Positions 40,698-52,219 of a DNA stretch of 64,000 bases are shown piece after piece. Source of the stretch: Trypanosoma brucei (lineage: Eukaryota). Position 1 is the stretch's first letter; each line of letters starts with the position of its first letter. The notes below the pieces were generated by a model. That model did no database searches and was not told where the DNA came from. It worked only from the letters and a program-made list of their open reading frames with translations. The DNA lies in assembly GCA_000002445.1 (NCBI GenBank), contig CP000068.1, forward strand, positions 288,001-352,000, in the 5' to 3' direction. A program made the position numbers and the translations under genes.

Positions 40698-42135
40698 GGA
40701 GGGAGCAGGGTGAACGAGGCAGATGTGATAAGAAATGATCTTCAGCCGGAAACCGAATAAACGAAAAGAACAACAATCAAAAAGAAAGAAACAACGGAGG
40801 AGACAAAGTTTCAAAGCAAAACAAGAGGTGAAGATGAAAGAGAAGACCACTTGGAGTATATGTAGGGGGAGAGGAGGGACCAAAGAGAAGAAGGAACGGT
40901 GCTTAGCAAGCAGACGAAGAAAGATGAAAGAGATGAAGTACCCACGGTAGTGGGGCCTGCAGTAAAAGACAAAAAGAAAGGGGGAGGGAAAGGAGTCGCA
41001 GTTACTTCCAGCTGAGAAGTGTGTGGTGTCGCATGTGGGAGCGCCGGCGTCGAAGGAAGAGAGGAGGCTTAGAAGAGGGAAGGGAAAGGGGAAAATAATA
41101 AAAGACTGCGCAGGCGATTGGGTCTTGACAAACTGTGCTAAAAACTCAGGGGCTCAGAAGGGACCCCACCCTCCCTTTTTGGCTGTCAGCTCTCTGTGAG
41201 GAACAAAGAATAAAATAGCAGAGCTGAAGTGTGACCGCGGGGAAGGGGGGGAGGGGTGGGAAGGGAGCGATATGAAGAAGAGGAGAGAGGTACTGAAGAA
41301 ACGGGAAAGAAAACTCCAACGGTACGGCAATAATAATAGTACAGAAGAACATTCAACAAAAAAAACAAAAGCAAAGAGACACCAATAACACCTGATAGAA
41401 AAATGATTAGGTCTAACCCTGCAAGCAATGAAAATCCATCACCTTACTACACAGGTATTGCGTAAGATCGGAGGGGAGAAATTATTTGAGGACCGTGACG
41501 ACATGCATGAAAGAGAGTGTAATAGTGTCGTACGACACCTTCTCTTCTCTTCACTGATCAATGTGGTTCGCATGAGGTGTACGAGTAGTTGGCGTGCCGC
41601 AGTGTGGCGAAGTGTGGTGGGGAGGCACGGAAAGGGGATGAATGAACCGAAAGAAATTGAAGGGCTGTTGAGCGACGGATGCAACCCAATTTCAAATTGT
41701 GGTGGTCGTAGAGGTGCGGGAAGCAATTGAAAAAAAGTAATGAATGCATCGACACGCCAAAGACGAACGAGGGCTACGTTTCGCTCAATAAAATTGCTAA
41801 CATATATGCACATGTATGCGCGCAATACCTTTGTGTACTTTTTACGTATTGAAAAGAACAGTGTGTTGAAGGAAATGAAAAGAAAATAATCCCCTTTCCG
41901 TGTTTTGTGGACAATTTATGTAATATTTTCCCTTTAAAAGAGTTGTTTTTGCAAATGGGGTTATGGTGTTTATGAGGGCTGTGCGTGGACCCCACCTTCA
42001 TCTTCATCCCTGCGCTTTCCGTCTTGCAGTCTTTGCCCAACCTGTAGCGTGGGTTTCATCTCTCACCGTTACAAGAGGAGAGGGGAAGGCAAACAGAGGC
42101 GTTTGTGGCCATCTCATATCTTGTTGCTTTGTCGC

Positions 42136-42170
42136 TTCTTATATATATATATATATATATGCATATATAT
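42136..42170. repeat. (TA)n microsatellite, one of the intergenic (TA)n runs in this window. Others lie at 4942-4967 (TA/GT), 5091-5117, 25565-25582, 38262-38281, 40195-40212, 47280-47304, 53064-53092, 54316-54351, 54606-54641 and 57264-57296 (CT/TA).
   Basis: Read directly from the sequence. Confidence 0.9.
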
Positions 42171-42598
42171 ATTTTCCTTTCGATAAACAGGACGCCTCCC
42201 TCCACTTCTTTTGTTTTTTTTTTTGCCCTGCCGCGCTCGGTGTGGCAGTTTGATGTCTTGTTGTGTTCTGCAGTTCGCGCGGATATGTGTCCCCACGTTA
42301 TGTGAGCGGGCCGATCTTATTTTTTTCCCTTTTCCAGCTTTCTTTCCCCCTTCCTTGTGCTCGATTCTGCGTGTCTCGTGTCTGGCGATAAAGGGTAGCA
42401 AAACGGGCTCACCAAATCGAAGCGCCGCACTGAGGTCACTGCAGGGCGGGGGCTTGTGTTGTGCGGTCCGCCCATACAAGTGTTTGTGGGTTTACGGTTC
42501 GCTGGGGCAGTACAAGTAGTACCGGCACCGCTGCCATTGTCCCTGTCAGTTGTAGCGAAGAAGGAGGAGGGTAAAATATATAATAGCAACACAAGAAA

Positions 42599-45500
42599 AT
42601 GGAAACTGCCGCAGAGCCGCGGCTTGACCCCATTGAAGTGGACAGGAGTTTTGTTTTGTCACTTTTCCATGGATTCTGTAATTCGGTCCCGAACGATATG
42701 CGGAAGAAGCTGGTGAGCGAGCAGACTGACGTGTTGCAGTTTATGTTGGCTGTTAGGCCCCGTATAACACCTTTTGCGCACCGCCAGCTCTTCTCTCTGC
42801 GACATCCGGCGGTTTCCTGGATGTCGCGCCGCTACTTCACCGCGCTTCGAACCTTTCTTGATGAAAATGATCTTCGCAATACAGAACAAGGAATTTCCTG
42901 CACCTCAACGCCCACAAGATCAGGCTGCGAACCCGCAGATCGTAGCAGCAGGAACTCCACGTTACTTCCGGCGTCATTGAACCCCAAATCCATCAAGGCG
43001 AAAGACCTGCGCGCGTACAACTGGAATTGTATCGAGTCGTGCCACAAAATTCTTATAGGGGAGTCGCCATTCAGTGCTCTAGCGCTAGAGAGCATATTAA
43101 GTAATGAAAAGTTGTTGGATATTGTTCGGCGATATTGGGACCGCTTGACGTGCCCGACAACTGGGGCTGATATTTATGGGGCGTTTGATGCCAGTGGCAC
43201 CGTACATCCTCGCAATGCATCTTCACCGGTCCCTGAGTTGATCCAGCGCGCAAACCAAATGACACCCACACAGTACACCTATCTCCACATGCGTTTTGCT
43301 CAGATCCTGCTCCCGCCTGGGGCTTTAGAAGCAGAAATCTTTGATGGTATCATTTCTGATCTACGAGTTGATGGGAAGTATCCGCGGAGGACAGCGGGCC
43401 TCTTTCCACCGGCATCCGCAGTGGGTCCATTCCTTCAGGATACTGTAGATATTTTACTGGATCCGGAACGCCACATTGCAAAGCAGATGTTACCTAATTT
43501 ATCCGATAACGTAGCAATGGAGGGTGAGATGAATTCCATTAGATCGGCGCTTGCCCTGCCTAAGACTGGTGCCTCTCTGTTGGCTCTACCAGAAATAACC
43601 TTTGCGCAGTTTTTTTACTCCATCGTTGAACTCGCAGACAACTGGACGAGCACGGCACACCCTAACGAATACGTGGCGTTCCTCACGGAATTGTACTGCG
43701 AGGCGTTCGGCCATGATTGGGACGATGAGGACCCCGTGCTTAAGAAGGCGTTTCGCCCCGCCGAGCGCACGCCTGTCCCACTACCCCCTGATTCCCGGAC
43801 CAGCAACGAACAACTCGCCGATCAGGGTGACCCGGCTGCTCATCTCTTGGCGGAGTATGCCACCGCACTCTCGGCTAGCAAGCCCCCCTTGTATGTATTC
43901 AACAAAATCACTGGAATGAGTCAGGACTACCGCAGAGGTGTGACCAGTGCTGTACGGGACCTCGGTCTGAGCAGACCAAGAACTGGCGAGGAACAGGCGG
44001 ACGTGACTTCCGTTTCCACAAATGAAGGCTTGGAGGTTGGCGGTAGGCTACCGAGGCGCCAGAGAAGGTCTGAGGGGAGCTTTATTGAAGCTGATAGTGA
44101 AATTAGCGGTTTGGAGGGATTGTACGAGGTAGGGGACGTGGATGACAGAGAGCTAAGAGGTTCCCAGAGGGCACGGCTTCCGTGGCGGCCTCACGATCGC
44201 AGATGGACAGGAATTAGCAGGGGTGGCTCATTGAGTTCATTTCCGGAGACTTACAACACTGACATGCAGACTGACAGTTGCGGCACGAGTCCCGTCCCAG
44301 AATCGTTCGGTTTTCATCACAGGCCTCGTGAGGGGCGAATCCCGAGCTTATTAGACAAGCGGAAGAGTGTAACGCGTGCGGTGTGTGGCGAGGGTGGTGA
44401 GCTCACTAATCGGTTTGAATCCGGTGAAAGCCGTGAGAGCTTTGAACTTTCTATGAGCAGATGGGAAAGTGTTGGAACAGAAGGCAGCGAATCCCGTGTA
44501 GATAAGGGAAGGGCGTTCCCCTCGTCCGGAAATGTAACTCCTGAATCGGCGGGCCGGCGGTCCCCTCGTAAGAGGAAGGCCACCGCTGTGGCTCGTGAGG
44601 GTGGTTCCAAGTCGAAGCGTTCGAATGATGCGAAGGCGTCGTCCGGCGCTGCCTCCAAAGCTCGTTCTGTACGCTCGCCAGGGGGTGGTATCCACCATAT
44701 AACTCGTGAAGGCGAAACAGAAGAATTTGACGAGGAAGCTGAAATCTCGGATTCATCGTCTGCAGATGACCTGCATAGCGGCGATGAACGTGATGAAGAG
44801 GGCGACCGAAGGGGCCGCGGCCGGAAGGCTGGCCGCGCTCGCGGGCATGTTAAAACTCTTAGATGGCCCGAAGGTTCCGGACACTCGGAGACTAGTGAGT
44901 ATGATGATGAGCAAAGTGAGGAGGGACTCCCAGCTATTTATGATGAAGAGGGTAGGAGGCTACACCCTCCTCTTCACCAACAGAAACACAAGGGTCGCTC
45001 GCCGCGGACTTCGCAAGGATTTGCTGTTGGTGACGCGGATGGCAGCGGTGGTGGTGTGTCAGCTGCCTATGGGTACAATGCAAGGATGTTGCAGGGCAAG
45101 GGTAGGTGGCTGTCAAACACCGAGATGAAGTGCGAGTTGGGGGTTTCACACTCCCCTGGGGGTGGTGGAGCTACGGGCCTGCGACCCTCCGACGAACGAA
45201 GTGAAGGCTCTGACTCGGACAATGAGGCCTTGGCTCCCCTCTTACTTGACCAGAAGCGCATTGAACAGAAGTTACGAGAACTCGAGGCCGAGCAGCAGCG
45301 CCTACAGGCATCTCGTGGCCGTGGGGGTAGAAATATTCATGAGCTACTGGAAGGTACTTCCGATGGTGTCGGGAGACTTATAAAGTTCCGTCTGTCTTCC
45401 GTTGAGCGGCAGCGTTTGACTACTGAGGAAGTTAATCAGTACCGAAATGTGATTATAAATAGACTATTAGCAAAGGGTGTTAATATACCACCCGAGTCGC

Positions 45501-46546
45501 TGACGGATGACGATGTTCTTAATCTTATGGAGGACAATTTGCAACCGGAGCTCGTTCAGAGGTTGATGCAATTAATGGAGGGGTATTCGGAGGACTTGGC
45601 GTGCTCTGACCTTTTGGATGCTCTTCTTAGTGACGATGCTAAGATTTTCACAGCGAGCGGCGCTATGGAGGCATCTGTCCTTGGTGCACTGTGCAAGAAA
45701 AGTGAACATCGTCCTGTGGAGACGGCGTATATGCGCTATCTGCGGGAGAAAAGGGAACGCGAGTTGCGAGAAGAAATAAAGGCTGCGAAGGAGCGCTACC
45801 GGGCCACGCAGAATGCCCTGAGGGAGGCGCAGGCGAAAGATGCCACTCCCACAGCTGTTGTTCCTATCACAGAGCATATACCCACGCCTCCAAGAGCACC
45901 TGCTTTTCTGCCAGCTCTACCCCTGCTCAGTTCCGCGAGAGTGGGAGGGCCCAAACGGCCGACACCCAAAGGACCGAATGCGTTTTACCATGAGATGGAT
46001 GATTTCGATACTGTCGTCCATATGCGGCCACAACCACCGTCCCGCGGGCCGATGCACTTGGTGCCGAGGCATCCCCTTTTTCCACGCCGGTTGCCTCAAG
46101 CACATCGGGCGCGGTTTACTTTGCCAAGTATCCATCTGCCCACCCAGCGATATGCTAATGAGTACTATTGCGAAGAGGATGCTAATGGCATTAGGGTGCG
46201 TATTCATTCGAAGCGCCGTCTGAGACTGTTCTACCGCGAAATACGCGTTGACCGACCCATCCTCGGCCGGGCCCCACTGGCTCCACTGACCTCTATAATT
46301 GGAGGCACGTACCACCAGTTGGCCGCCCTTCGCGTACGCTGCCGCCGCCGTCGCCGATTCCGTTTACATATGCTCAGGAACCTTGCAAATGAGAGGAATC
46401 TGTTGCCTCTTCCCAGGTATGTGCCTGTGAAGCTCTTCTCTCTCACAACCAAGACTACTTTGGCTGAGGCACTGAGGGAGAGTCTGATGTGTTACATCAA
46501 CGACAAGGCATATCTGGATACACTATACGGGGACATGCGAAGGTGA
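42599..46546 (+). CDS. large hypothetical protein (1315 aa) with long Ser/Arg/Glu/Gly-rich low-complexity regions and no recognisable domain
   Basis: An uninterrupted 3.9-kb frame from ATG 42599. Composition is coding-like. The minus-strand ORFs inside it are short. Confidence 0.55.
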   Translation: METAAEPRLDPIEVDRSFVLSLFHGFCNSVPNDMRKKLVSEQTDVLQFMLAVRPRITPFAHRQLFSLRHPAVSWMSRRYFTALRTFLDENDLRNTEQGISCTSTPTRSGCEPADRSSRNSTLLPASLNPKSIKAKDLRAYNWNCIESCHKILIGESPFSALALESILSNEKLLDIVRRYWDRLTCPTTGADIYGAFDASGTVHPRNASSPVPELIQRANQMTPTQYTYLHMRFAQILLPPGALEAEIFDGIISDLRVDGKYPRRTAGLFPPASAVGPFLQDTVDILLDPERHIAKQMLPNLSDNVAMEGEMNSIRSALALPKTGASLLALPEITFAQFFYSIVELADNWTSTAHPNEYVAFLTELYCEAFGHDWDDEDPVLKKAFRPAERTPVPLPPDSRTSNEQLADQGDPAAHLLAEYATALSASKPPLYVFNKITGMSQDYRRGVTSAVRDLGLSRPRTGEEQADVTSVSTNEGLEVGGRLPRRQRRSEGSFIEADSEISGLEGLYEVGDVDDRELRGSQRARLPWRPHDRRWTGISRGGSLSSFPETYNTDMQTDSCGTSPVPESFGFHHRPREGRIPSLLDKRKSVTRAVCGEGGELTNRFESGESRESFELSMSRWESVGTEGSESRVDKGRAFPSSGNVTPESAGRRSPRKRKATAVAREGGSKSKRSNDAKASSGAASKARSVRSPGGGIHHITREGETEEFDEEAEISDSSSADDLHSGDERDEEGDRRGRGRKAGRARGHVKTLRWPEGSGHSETSEYDDEQSEEGLPAIYDEEGRRLHPPLHQQKHKGRSPRTSQGFAVGDADGSGGGVSAAYGYNARMLQGKGRWLSNTEMKCELGVSHSPGGGGATGLRPSDERSEGSDSDNEALAPLLLDQKRIEQKLRELEAEQQRLQASRGRGGRNIHELLEGTSDGVGRLIKFRLSSVERQRLTTEEVNQYRNVIINRLLAKGVNIPPESLTDDDVLNLMEDNLQPELVQRLMQLMEGYSEDLACSDLLDALLSDDAKIFTASGAMEASVLGALCKKSEHRPVETAYMRYLREKRERELREEIKAAKERYRATQNALREAQAKDATPTAVVPITEHIPTPPRAPAFLPALPLLSSARVGGPKRPTPKGPNAFYHEMDDFDTVVHMRPQPPSRGPMHLVPRHPLFPRRLPQAHRARFTLPSIHLPTQRYANEYYCEEDANGIRVRIHSKRRLRLFYREIRVDRPILGRAPLAPLTSIIGGTYHQLAALRVRCRRRRRFRLHMLRNLANERNLLPLPRYVPVKLFSLTTKTTLAEALRESLMCYINDKAYLDTLYGDMRR

Positions 46547-47392
46547 GTTGACAGTAAGTAAGTTTTATGCTTTTTCTCAACGAAGGGGCTTTCGCAAGGC
46601 TTTTTATAATGAAAAGGAAAGAGAAGGGAGTTTAGAATTCTTACTCATTCGCAACTTCTTTCCCTAACCCTATCTTCCACTTTCGCTTCCTCTCTCCTGG
46701 AGGGTAGGCAACAGCCACAATGGCAGGTGTGACATGTATTAGTACTTTGCGCTTTATCTTTATCTTTCTTTCTCACTTGTCTCTTCTTTTTTTTTTTCCT
46801 TTGGGAAGTCACGGCCATCCAATCAGCTTGTGTCTTGTGGACGTTGCGGTGCTTGTTGCGATTGCTTTTTATGTATACTTGTTTGTTGGAGGTGCTCCTT
46901 CTTTTTGCACTCGTTATGAGTTCGAGGAACTGGGTGCAACTTTTTCCCCACTTGTTTTTTACTGCTATTGTCGTTCCTCTTTTTTTTTTTTTCTGGTGCC
47001 ATTGCACTCCTCTGATTTGCTGCTGCCAACTGTCTTGGTCTTTTAATGTGGACTGTCATTGCTTCCCCCTTTTGTACCTTTACCTTCTTACTTTACTTTG
47101 CATTACCACACGTATCTTTTTTTTTCTTTGCTTAGTTAACCTCCACCACAAACCTTCGTGGCGGGTATATTTGACCACACAAGGGCCACTAAGTAATCAC
47201 CACGTCCGCTGCTCGCTTTGTACTTGGTATGAGTAAAGCGCACTGACGACCACACAAAGGGAAACTTTTTTTTTCTATTCATATATATATATATATATAT
47301 ATATTACGTACGACAAGCACACATTGTAGCTTTATTAACTCTCGGCAATATCGTTATTAGAAGGGGGAAAAACGCGATAACAAACAAACGCG

Positions 47393-49162
47393 ATGCAACG
47401 AACGAAAAGTTTGCTTCATGTCCTGCTTGTGGTAGCACTAGTGCTCTTTTTATTGATTACTGAGGTTTCGGTTGCTGGAGGGGTTGTTGACTTGGGAAAT
47501 GAGGTACGGGAGGACACCATACCGCTACTTAATGACGACACATTCGACTCGTATGTTTTTTCAAAGGGATCTAATGATAAAGAGGGGCGAAAGAGAGGAC
47601 CTTGGCTCATATTCTTTTTTGCTCCATGGTGTGGTCACTGCAAGGCCGCCTTGCCCAAGTATGCGGATGCTAATTTGCAGTTGGCGAAACTTGGAGTTCA
47701 GCACGCGAGGTTTGCAACCGTCAATGCTGTAAAGAGTCCCGAATTGGCGTTGCGGTTCCGCGTAAAGGTATACCCGACGCTCATATATACCACTGGCAAG
47801 GCAGAAAACTGGCATGTGTACCGTGGTGCCCTCACTCCCGAGACTTTAATGAAGTTTGCGACCCAACTTCATTTAGCCGGCACTGTTGGGTCATTTGCCG
47901 ATTTGACATCAAGCCCCGATGAATTCGTTAGGGCGCATCGGCAGGATATGGGAAGGCGCGTGCCCATGTATGTTTATCTTCCTCCAACAGGTTCTCGAAG
48001 TGCCAATGCACCGCACCAGCGAGAAGAACTTGTTCCAGGGCAACATGGAGTGGGTGAAGGGGAAGGGCAACAGGGAGTGCAAGCGAATAATAGTAAGTCC
48101 ATCCATGAGGAGAAGCACATGCAGAAACAAGATCGGCTTTCTGACGCGCGCGAGGCGCGGTGGAATGTTGCCGTGGACGCTGCTGCTTCGATGGAAAAGA
48201 TTCGGTTTGGTGTGATATATGGTGATGACGTGCCATCTGCTTGGGCAGAGACGGGGATAACGCCATATATTGCCGTTCTCGAGGCCGCACAGCGGTGTAA
48301 AGGCAGTGGGCCCGATGGCGCACTTGTGCTTGTTGATTCTGACGCATACAAACAACCACAATGTTACGAAGGTCCGTGGTTTGAGGAGTCCGTCAATATC
48401 CCTCAAAAGAGCGGGGCGGAGAGCGTGACCCCGCTGCTTCACCCATCCTTCATAGCCTTCTTCATGTTAAACGGCCTTCATGCAGTGGAACGAGCTTCGT
48501 CATCGCTTCTATCAGCCGTTACCACCACGAACCATCACTATTTGGGCCTCCTTATCACGAATGGCCCTATTACACAAACTGACACTAATATGCTTCCAGC
48601 TCTGCGTGAGGTGGTGCAAGAACGAAACGAAGCTCGCCGTGCGGTCGCTGTGGGGCTTGAACCTCAGCGGAGGGTCTCGTTGGCGTACGTTGATGGTCGC
48701 ACTCACGAGGCGTGGCGTACGCAATACAAAGTGAAGCTGGAAGAACTCCCCGCCTTCGTGGTTGTGGACCCGCGGCGGAACAAGGTATACCGCTTGCGCA
48801 GGCACACTCCTCACTTCGAGGTAATTAAATTCTTCTTGCCGTGGCCGCGTGGGGGCGAGCAACAGTCAGTCATCGTTTCCTTCATTGCTGATGTCGAACG
48901 TGGGGTCGCGGTTGGTGAAAAGATGACATTTGTCGGGGAGGTTGCAGAGCATCTGCTGCGACTTCCGGGAGTGGAGTTTCTCTACGAGGTCCTCGAGTTC
49001 GAAGACAGTCTACTTGTGGTTGTTGTGCTCGCCCTCTTTGTGTTTGCGATCGTACTCCTCATTGTACTCGTCGTAGAGCCGGTGTTTGAGCGGCGTGCGG
49101 ATGAAAGGATGACGGGGTACGGGGAAAGGGACACTTCTGCAGTTGAAAAGAAGAGGAACTAA
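47393..49162 (+). CDS. Membrane-anchored thioredoxin-domain protein (PDI/TMX-like) with a signal peptide and a C-terminal TM helix
   Basis: Signal peptide MQRTKSLLHVLLVVALVLFLLITEVSVAGG. Trx active site WLIFFFAPWCGHCKAALPKY. C-terminal hydrophobic helix LLVVVVLALFVFAIVLLIVLVV followed by a charged tail. Confidence 0.75.
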   Translation: MQRTKSLLHVLLVVALVLFLLITEVSVAGGVVDLGNEVREDTIPLLNDDTFDSYVFSKGSNDKEGRKRGPWLIFFFAPWCGHCKAALPKYADANLQLAKLGVQHARFATVNAVKSPELALRFRVKVYPTLIYTTGKAENWHVYRGALTPETLMKFATQLHLAGTVGSFADLTSSPDEFVRAHRQDMGRRVPMYVYLPPTGSRSANAPHQREELVPGQHGVGEGEGQQGVQANNSKSIHEEKHMQKQDRLSDAREARWNVAVDAAASMEKIRFGVIYGDDVPSAWAETGITPYIAVLEAAQRCKGSGPDGALVLVDSDAYKQPQCYEGPWFEESVNIPQKSGAESVTPLLHPSFIAFFMLNGLHAVERASSSLLSAVTTTNHHYLGLLITNGPITQTDTNMLPALREVVQERNEARRAVAVGLEPQRRVSLAYVDGRTHEAWRTQYKVKLEELPAFVVVDPRRNKVYRLRRHTPHFEVIKFFLPWPRGGEQQSVIVSFIADVERGVAVGEKMTFVGEVAEHLLRLPGVEFLYEVLEFEDSLLVVVVLALFVFAIVLLIVLVVEPVFERRADERMTGYGERDTSAVEKKRN

Positions 49163-49750
49163 TATCCGGAATTCGCTCCTGAGGAAGTGCGGTTGGTCAC
49201 TGCAGGTGCAGAGCGTGTGAGAGCGTAAAGTAAGCCGAAGACGGTGGTTCTGTGGCACTGGAAGCACATTGTGGACTGAAAGTAAGCGGTGAAAGAGTCG
49301 GGATTTGTATCTTTGGCACACGAATATTCGCATTTGCGCGTGTTTAGGGAAGCGTCAAGTTGTGGCGTCGTGTGTTAATGCTGCTGCGTCTGCGCGCGCA
49401 GCCCATATGTGGGACATAACTTCTTACGTAACATATTTTTTTTTCCTTTTCCCTTGTTAACTTTTTCAGACCCCTGTTAGCAGCGCGGCTTGCGGCTAAG
49501 GGTATCAGAGGTAAAGAAGAAAGTGCACCACAAGCAGGACCTGTGTGCGAGAGGAAAGAGTAAAGGGAGGCATCACTAAAAGCCGGATCAGTCTATTTGA
49601 GGGGAAGGGCCAAATAGGGGTGACCACGCACTCAGTTACAAAGTTGAGGTGAAGTGAGTTCGTACGGCGGAGTTCCAGTTGCGTTTAAGAAGTTGCGTCA
49701 CCACGGGAAACAATAGTGAGTGCACTGAGTGAGTTGGGGAATCAGGAACT

Positions 49751-50272
49751 ATGCTGCGCACTTCCCTGTTCCTCAGGTGCGTACCCCCACTTTCTGCCGT
49801 CTACGGAAAAAGTTTTTCAGTTACACCGCGGGTATGGCGCCGCATTAGCGAGAAGAATGCAGAGGAGGGCTACGGCAATGACCTGCGGTATTTGCGATTG
49901 ATGATTGAGTCCGGTGGATGTCACGGCTACGCGTACAAGTTTTTATTTGAGGAGAACAGCGAGTTAGTGGCGGATGAGGACGTTGTGGTGGCAGAAAGCG
50001 ATGTCGTTCAGCTTCCCCAACCGAAGAGCCAGGAGTTGCGTACCGTAGCCGAAGGTGAGGGTGAAGGTGATGTTGGTGAAAGCAAGGCAAAAGGCCCACC
50101 GCCACGGCTAGTTGTCGATAAGCATTCGGTAGCGAAACTTCTCTCGGCAGTGGTGGATTTCCATTCTGAGTTGAAGGGCTCCGCATTTGTTGTTATTGGT
50201 AACGAATTAGTAGACAAGTCATGTGCCTGTGCCATGTCCTTCTCGATGAAGAAGCAGCAGCAAAAGGTGTGA
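49751..50272 (+). CDS. ISA2: IscA/HesB-type Fe-S cluster assembly protein (Isa2-like, with an acidic insertion) and a mitochondrial presequence
   Basis: The three conserved Cys fall in the IscA pattern: GGCHGYAYKF (cf. SGCSGMAY) and a C-terminal VIGNELVDKSCACAMSF (cf. CGCGESF). The N-terminus MLRTSLFLRCVPPLSAVYGKSF is presequence-like. Confidence 0.75.
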   Translation: MLRTSLFLRCVPPLSAVYGKSFSVTPRVWRRISEKNAEEGYGNDLRYLRLMIESGGCHGYAYKFLFEENSELVADEDVVVAESDVVQLPQPKSQELRTVAEGEGEGDVGESKAKGPPPRLVVDKHSVAKLLSAVVDFHSELKGSAFVVIGNELVDKSCACAMSFSMKKQQQKV

Positions 50273-50729
50273 GTTGGTGCGTGTGTCTGCCGAAATGGAC
50301 ACCATGGGGGGGGGGTAGAAACCCAATACAGTATATGTTTTCTCAGGTGGACGAGCGAATATTGAACGGCGGGATGGAAAGGAAGGAAGAAGACCGCGGA
50401 GTGGTTACTGACTCTTACGTTTATTTGTTACTTCCTCATTGTATGTGATCGTGTTGTTGTCGTTATTTTACACTTTGCTGCGTTTGACTTCATAGTTCTT
50501 GCGGAAGTGTTGCGGAAGAGGGAGGGGATGCTTCACTTGCCGCCATTTTCTCGCTGCAGTTGAGAGCTTGTTGTTCTTCATCTGTCGTGTTGTGGCAAGA
50601 CCGTCGTTACTATATCATTTTCTCCCTTTCCTTCTTTTTTCCTTTCTTTTTCCTTTTCCAACTATTTTACCTTTTTTCTTTTTTGTGGGATCTCCCTATC
50701 ATCGGACTTGTGTATCTGCACTGAGCAAG

Positions 50730-51323
50730 ATGTCTATGGCCTACGTAATGGGAAAAGAGCAAGAGGAGGTTCTGCCATACCGTATTATGCGTCTCAACCG
50801 TGCTCCAGCCGTTGGTCCCGTTGCTCGTAAAGAGGACAATGAATCTACCCACAGTTCTTGCGGGTACGACAGCAGCCCCGCTACATTGGAGTCTGAACGA
50901 CAGTATCAAATAGAAGGCGAAGGCCAAGAATGTGCGAGTTGCACCGCTTGCAGCGGTAAAGTTTATTTGCATGATAAAATTACCGACGATATAGTTCCTG
51001 TTATGGCAACGACAACAAAACCGTCAGTGACGACCACCTCTCCGCCTGCGCATCGTTTGCGCAGAGGTCGTGGCCAAGCTATTGTTCGTGCCGCAACTGA
51101 TCATTTGAAAGGAGGAGGGGTTCTCGTTGAAGATGCTCCGGAACTTATTTATGCTGGCCGGCGGGCCCCACGGGGTTACTGTGCGGCTGCTGCTCAACAT
51201 GTGCAACTCTTCGCCACACCGACGTCCCCATCCGAAACACCGGCGGATATATTTTGGGCAAAAGTCAAGTCGTCTCGACAGTCCCGCCTCGCTATGCTGC
51301 GTGGCAGTGGTCCCCTGTGGTGA
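50730..51323 (+). CDS. hypothetical protein (197 aa)
   Basis: The track ORF starts at TTG 50499 and its first 77 codons are a polypyrimidine tract (50614-50690). The first ATG after it is 50730 (MSMAYVMGKEQ...). Confidence 0.35.
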   Translation: MSMAYVMGKEQEEVLPYRIMRLNRAPAVGPVARKEDNESTHSSCGYDSSPATLESERQYQIEGEGQECASCTACSGKVYLHDKITDDIVPVMATTTKPSVTTTSPPAHRLRRGRGQAIVRAATDHLKGGGVLVEDAPELIYAGRRAPRGYCAAAAQHVQLFATPTSPSETPADIFWAKVKSSRQSRLAMLRGSGPLW

Positions 51324-52219
51324 AGTCCCTCCCTTTTACATAGAGTTTATTGTTGCTGGCTCATCACTTGTTTCTTTCTTTTTTTATTATTGTTTTTTTT
51401 CTGTTAGAAAAAAAGAAGCATTTCAATTAATTAATTAGTTAATTAAATTTTTTTATTGTTATGTGCTTTTTATGCGTTGCGTGGCGAGGTCGTTACTGTA
51501 GGGGTAACCGCGTCAATTCCGCGGAGGGCTTGTCCTTGCTTTTATTCAGGTATTACTTTTGGTGCCTTCCCGCTGCCGTGATTGTGGAGAGCCCCACTTG
51601 TTGTTTGCGGGTGTTGTTGTTGGGCGGTGCTTATTTATGCATAAATTATCCACTTATCTATAGAATTACTGTGCGTATGTGTTGGCATATAAGCCTATTC
51701 ATACAACAGCTTATAGAGAACTTCAAAGATTAATTGCTAACACGCCGCCTCTCTTCTAATCATCTGTTATAAACCCACTGTTGTGTCAACCTCTTGACTG
51801 TCACTTGTCGTGTTATTTTCCCTTTTCTCTCGGGGCAATTCAGTAACGAACTTTGTGCACTGCAGTGGAGTTGAGAAGAACCCAAATTAGTGGTGGCGTG
51901 TGAAAATACTTGTTGGCGTCACAACAATTGAACGGGCTGTGTCTCACACCTGGTTGTTACCACTGTTGCCGTTAGGCTTATTGATCGAAAGAAGACGTGA
52001 ATTGAAAGATTTGTAGGGAAGGGAGGTTTGTTTGGGTTATTTCAGTATAAGAGCAAAAAGCAACGAAAACTCCCCCCAAAAACAGATTGAGAGTAGAAAA
52101 GTCTCCGGAGGAAAGATTCACATTCCTAGTAACAAAGAAAGTGTGAGGGACCGAAGAAAAAAGAAAAGAAAAGGAAAACAACACCAAACAAACAAAGAAG
52201 AGGTGGGGGCGGCAATATT

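Noticed and set aside
47909-48442. 177-aa and 143-aa minus-strand ORFs inside the thioredoxin-domain gene
   Set aside because: They are antisense to a + strand frame with signal peptide, CGHC motif and TM anchor.
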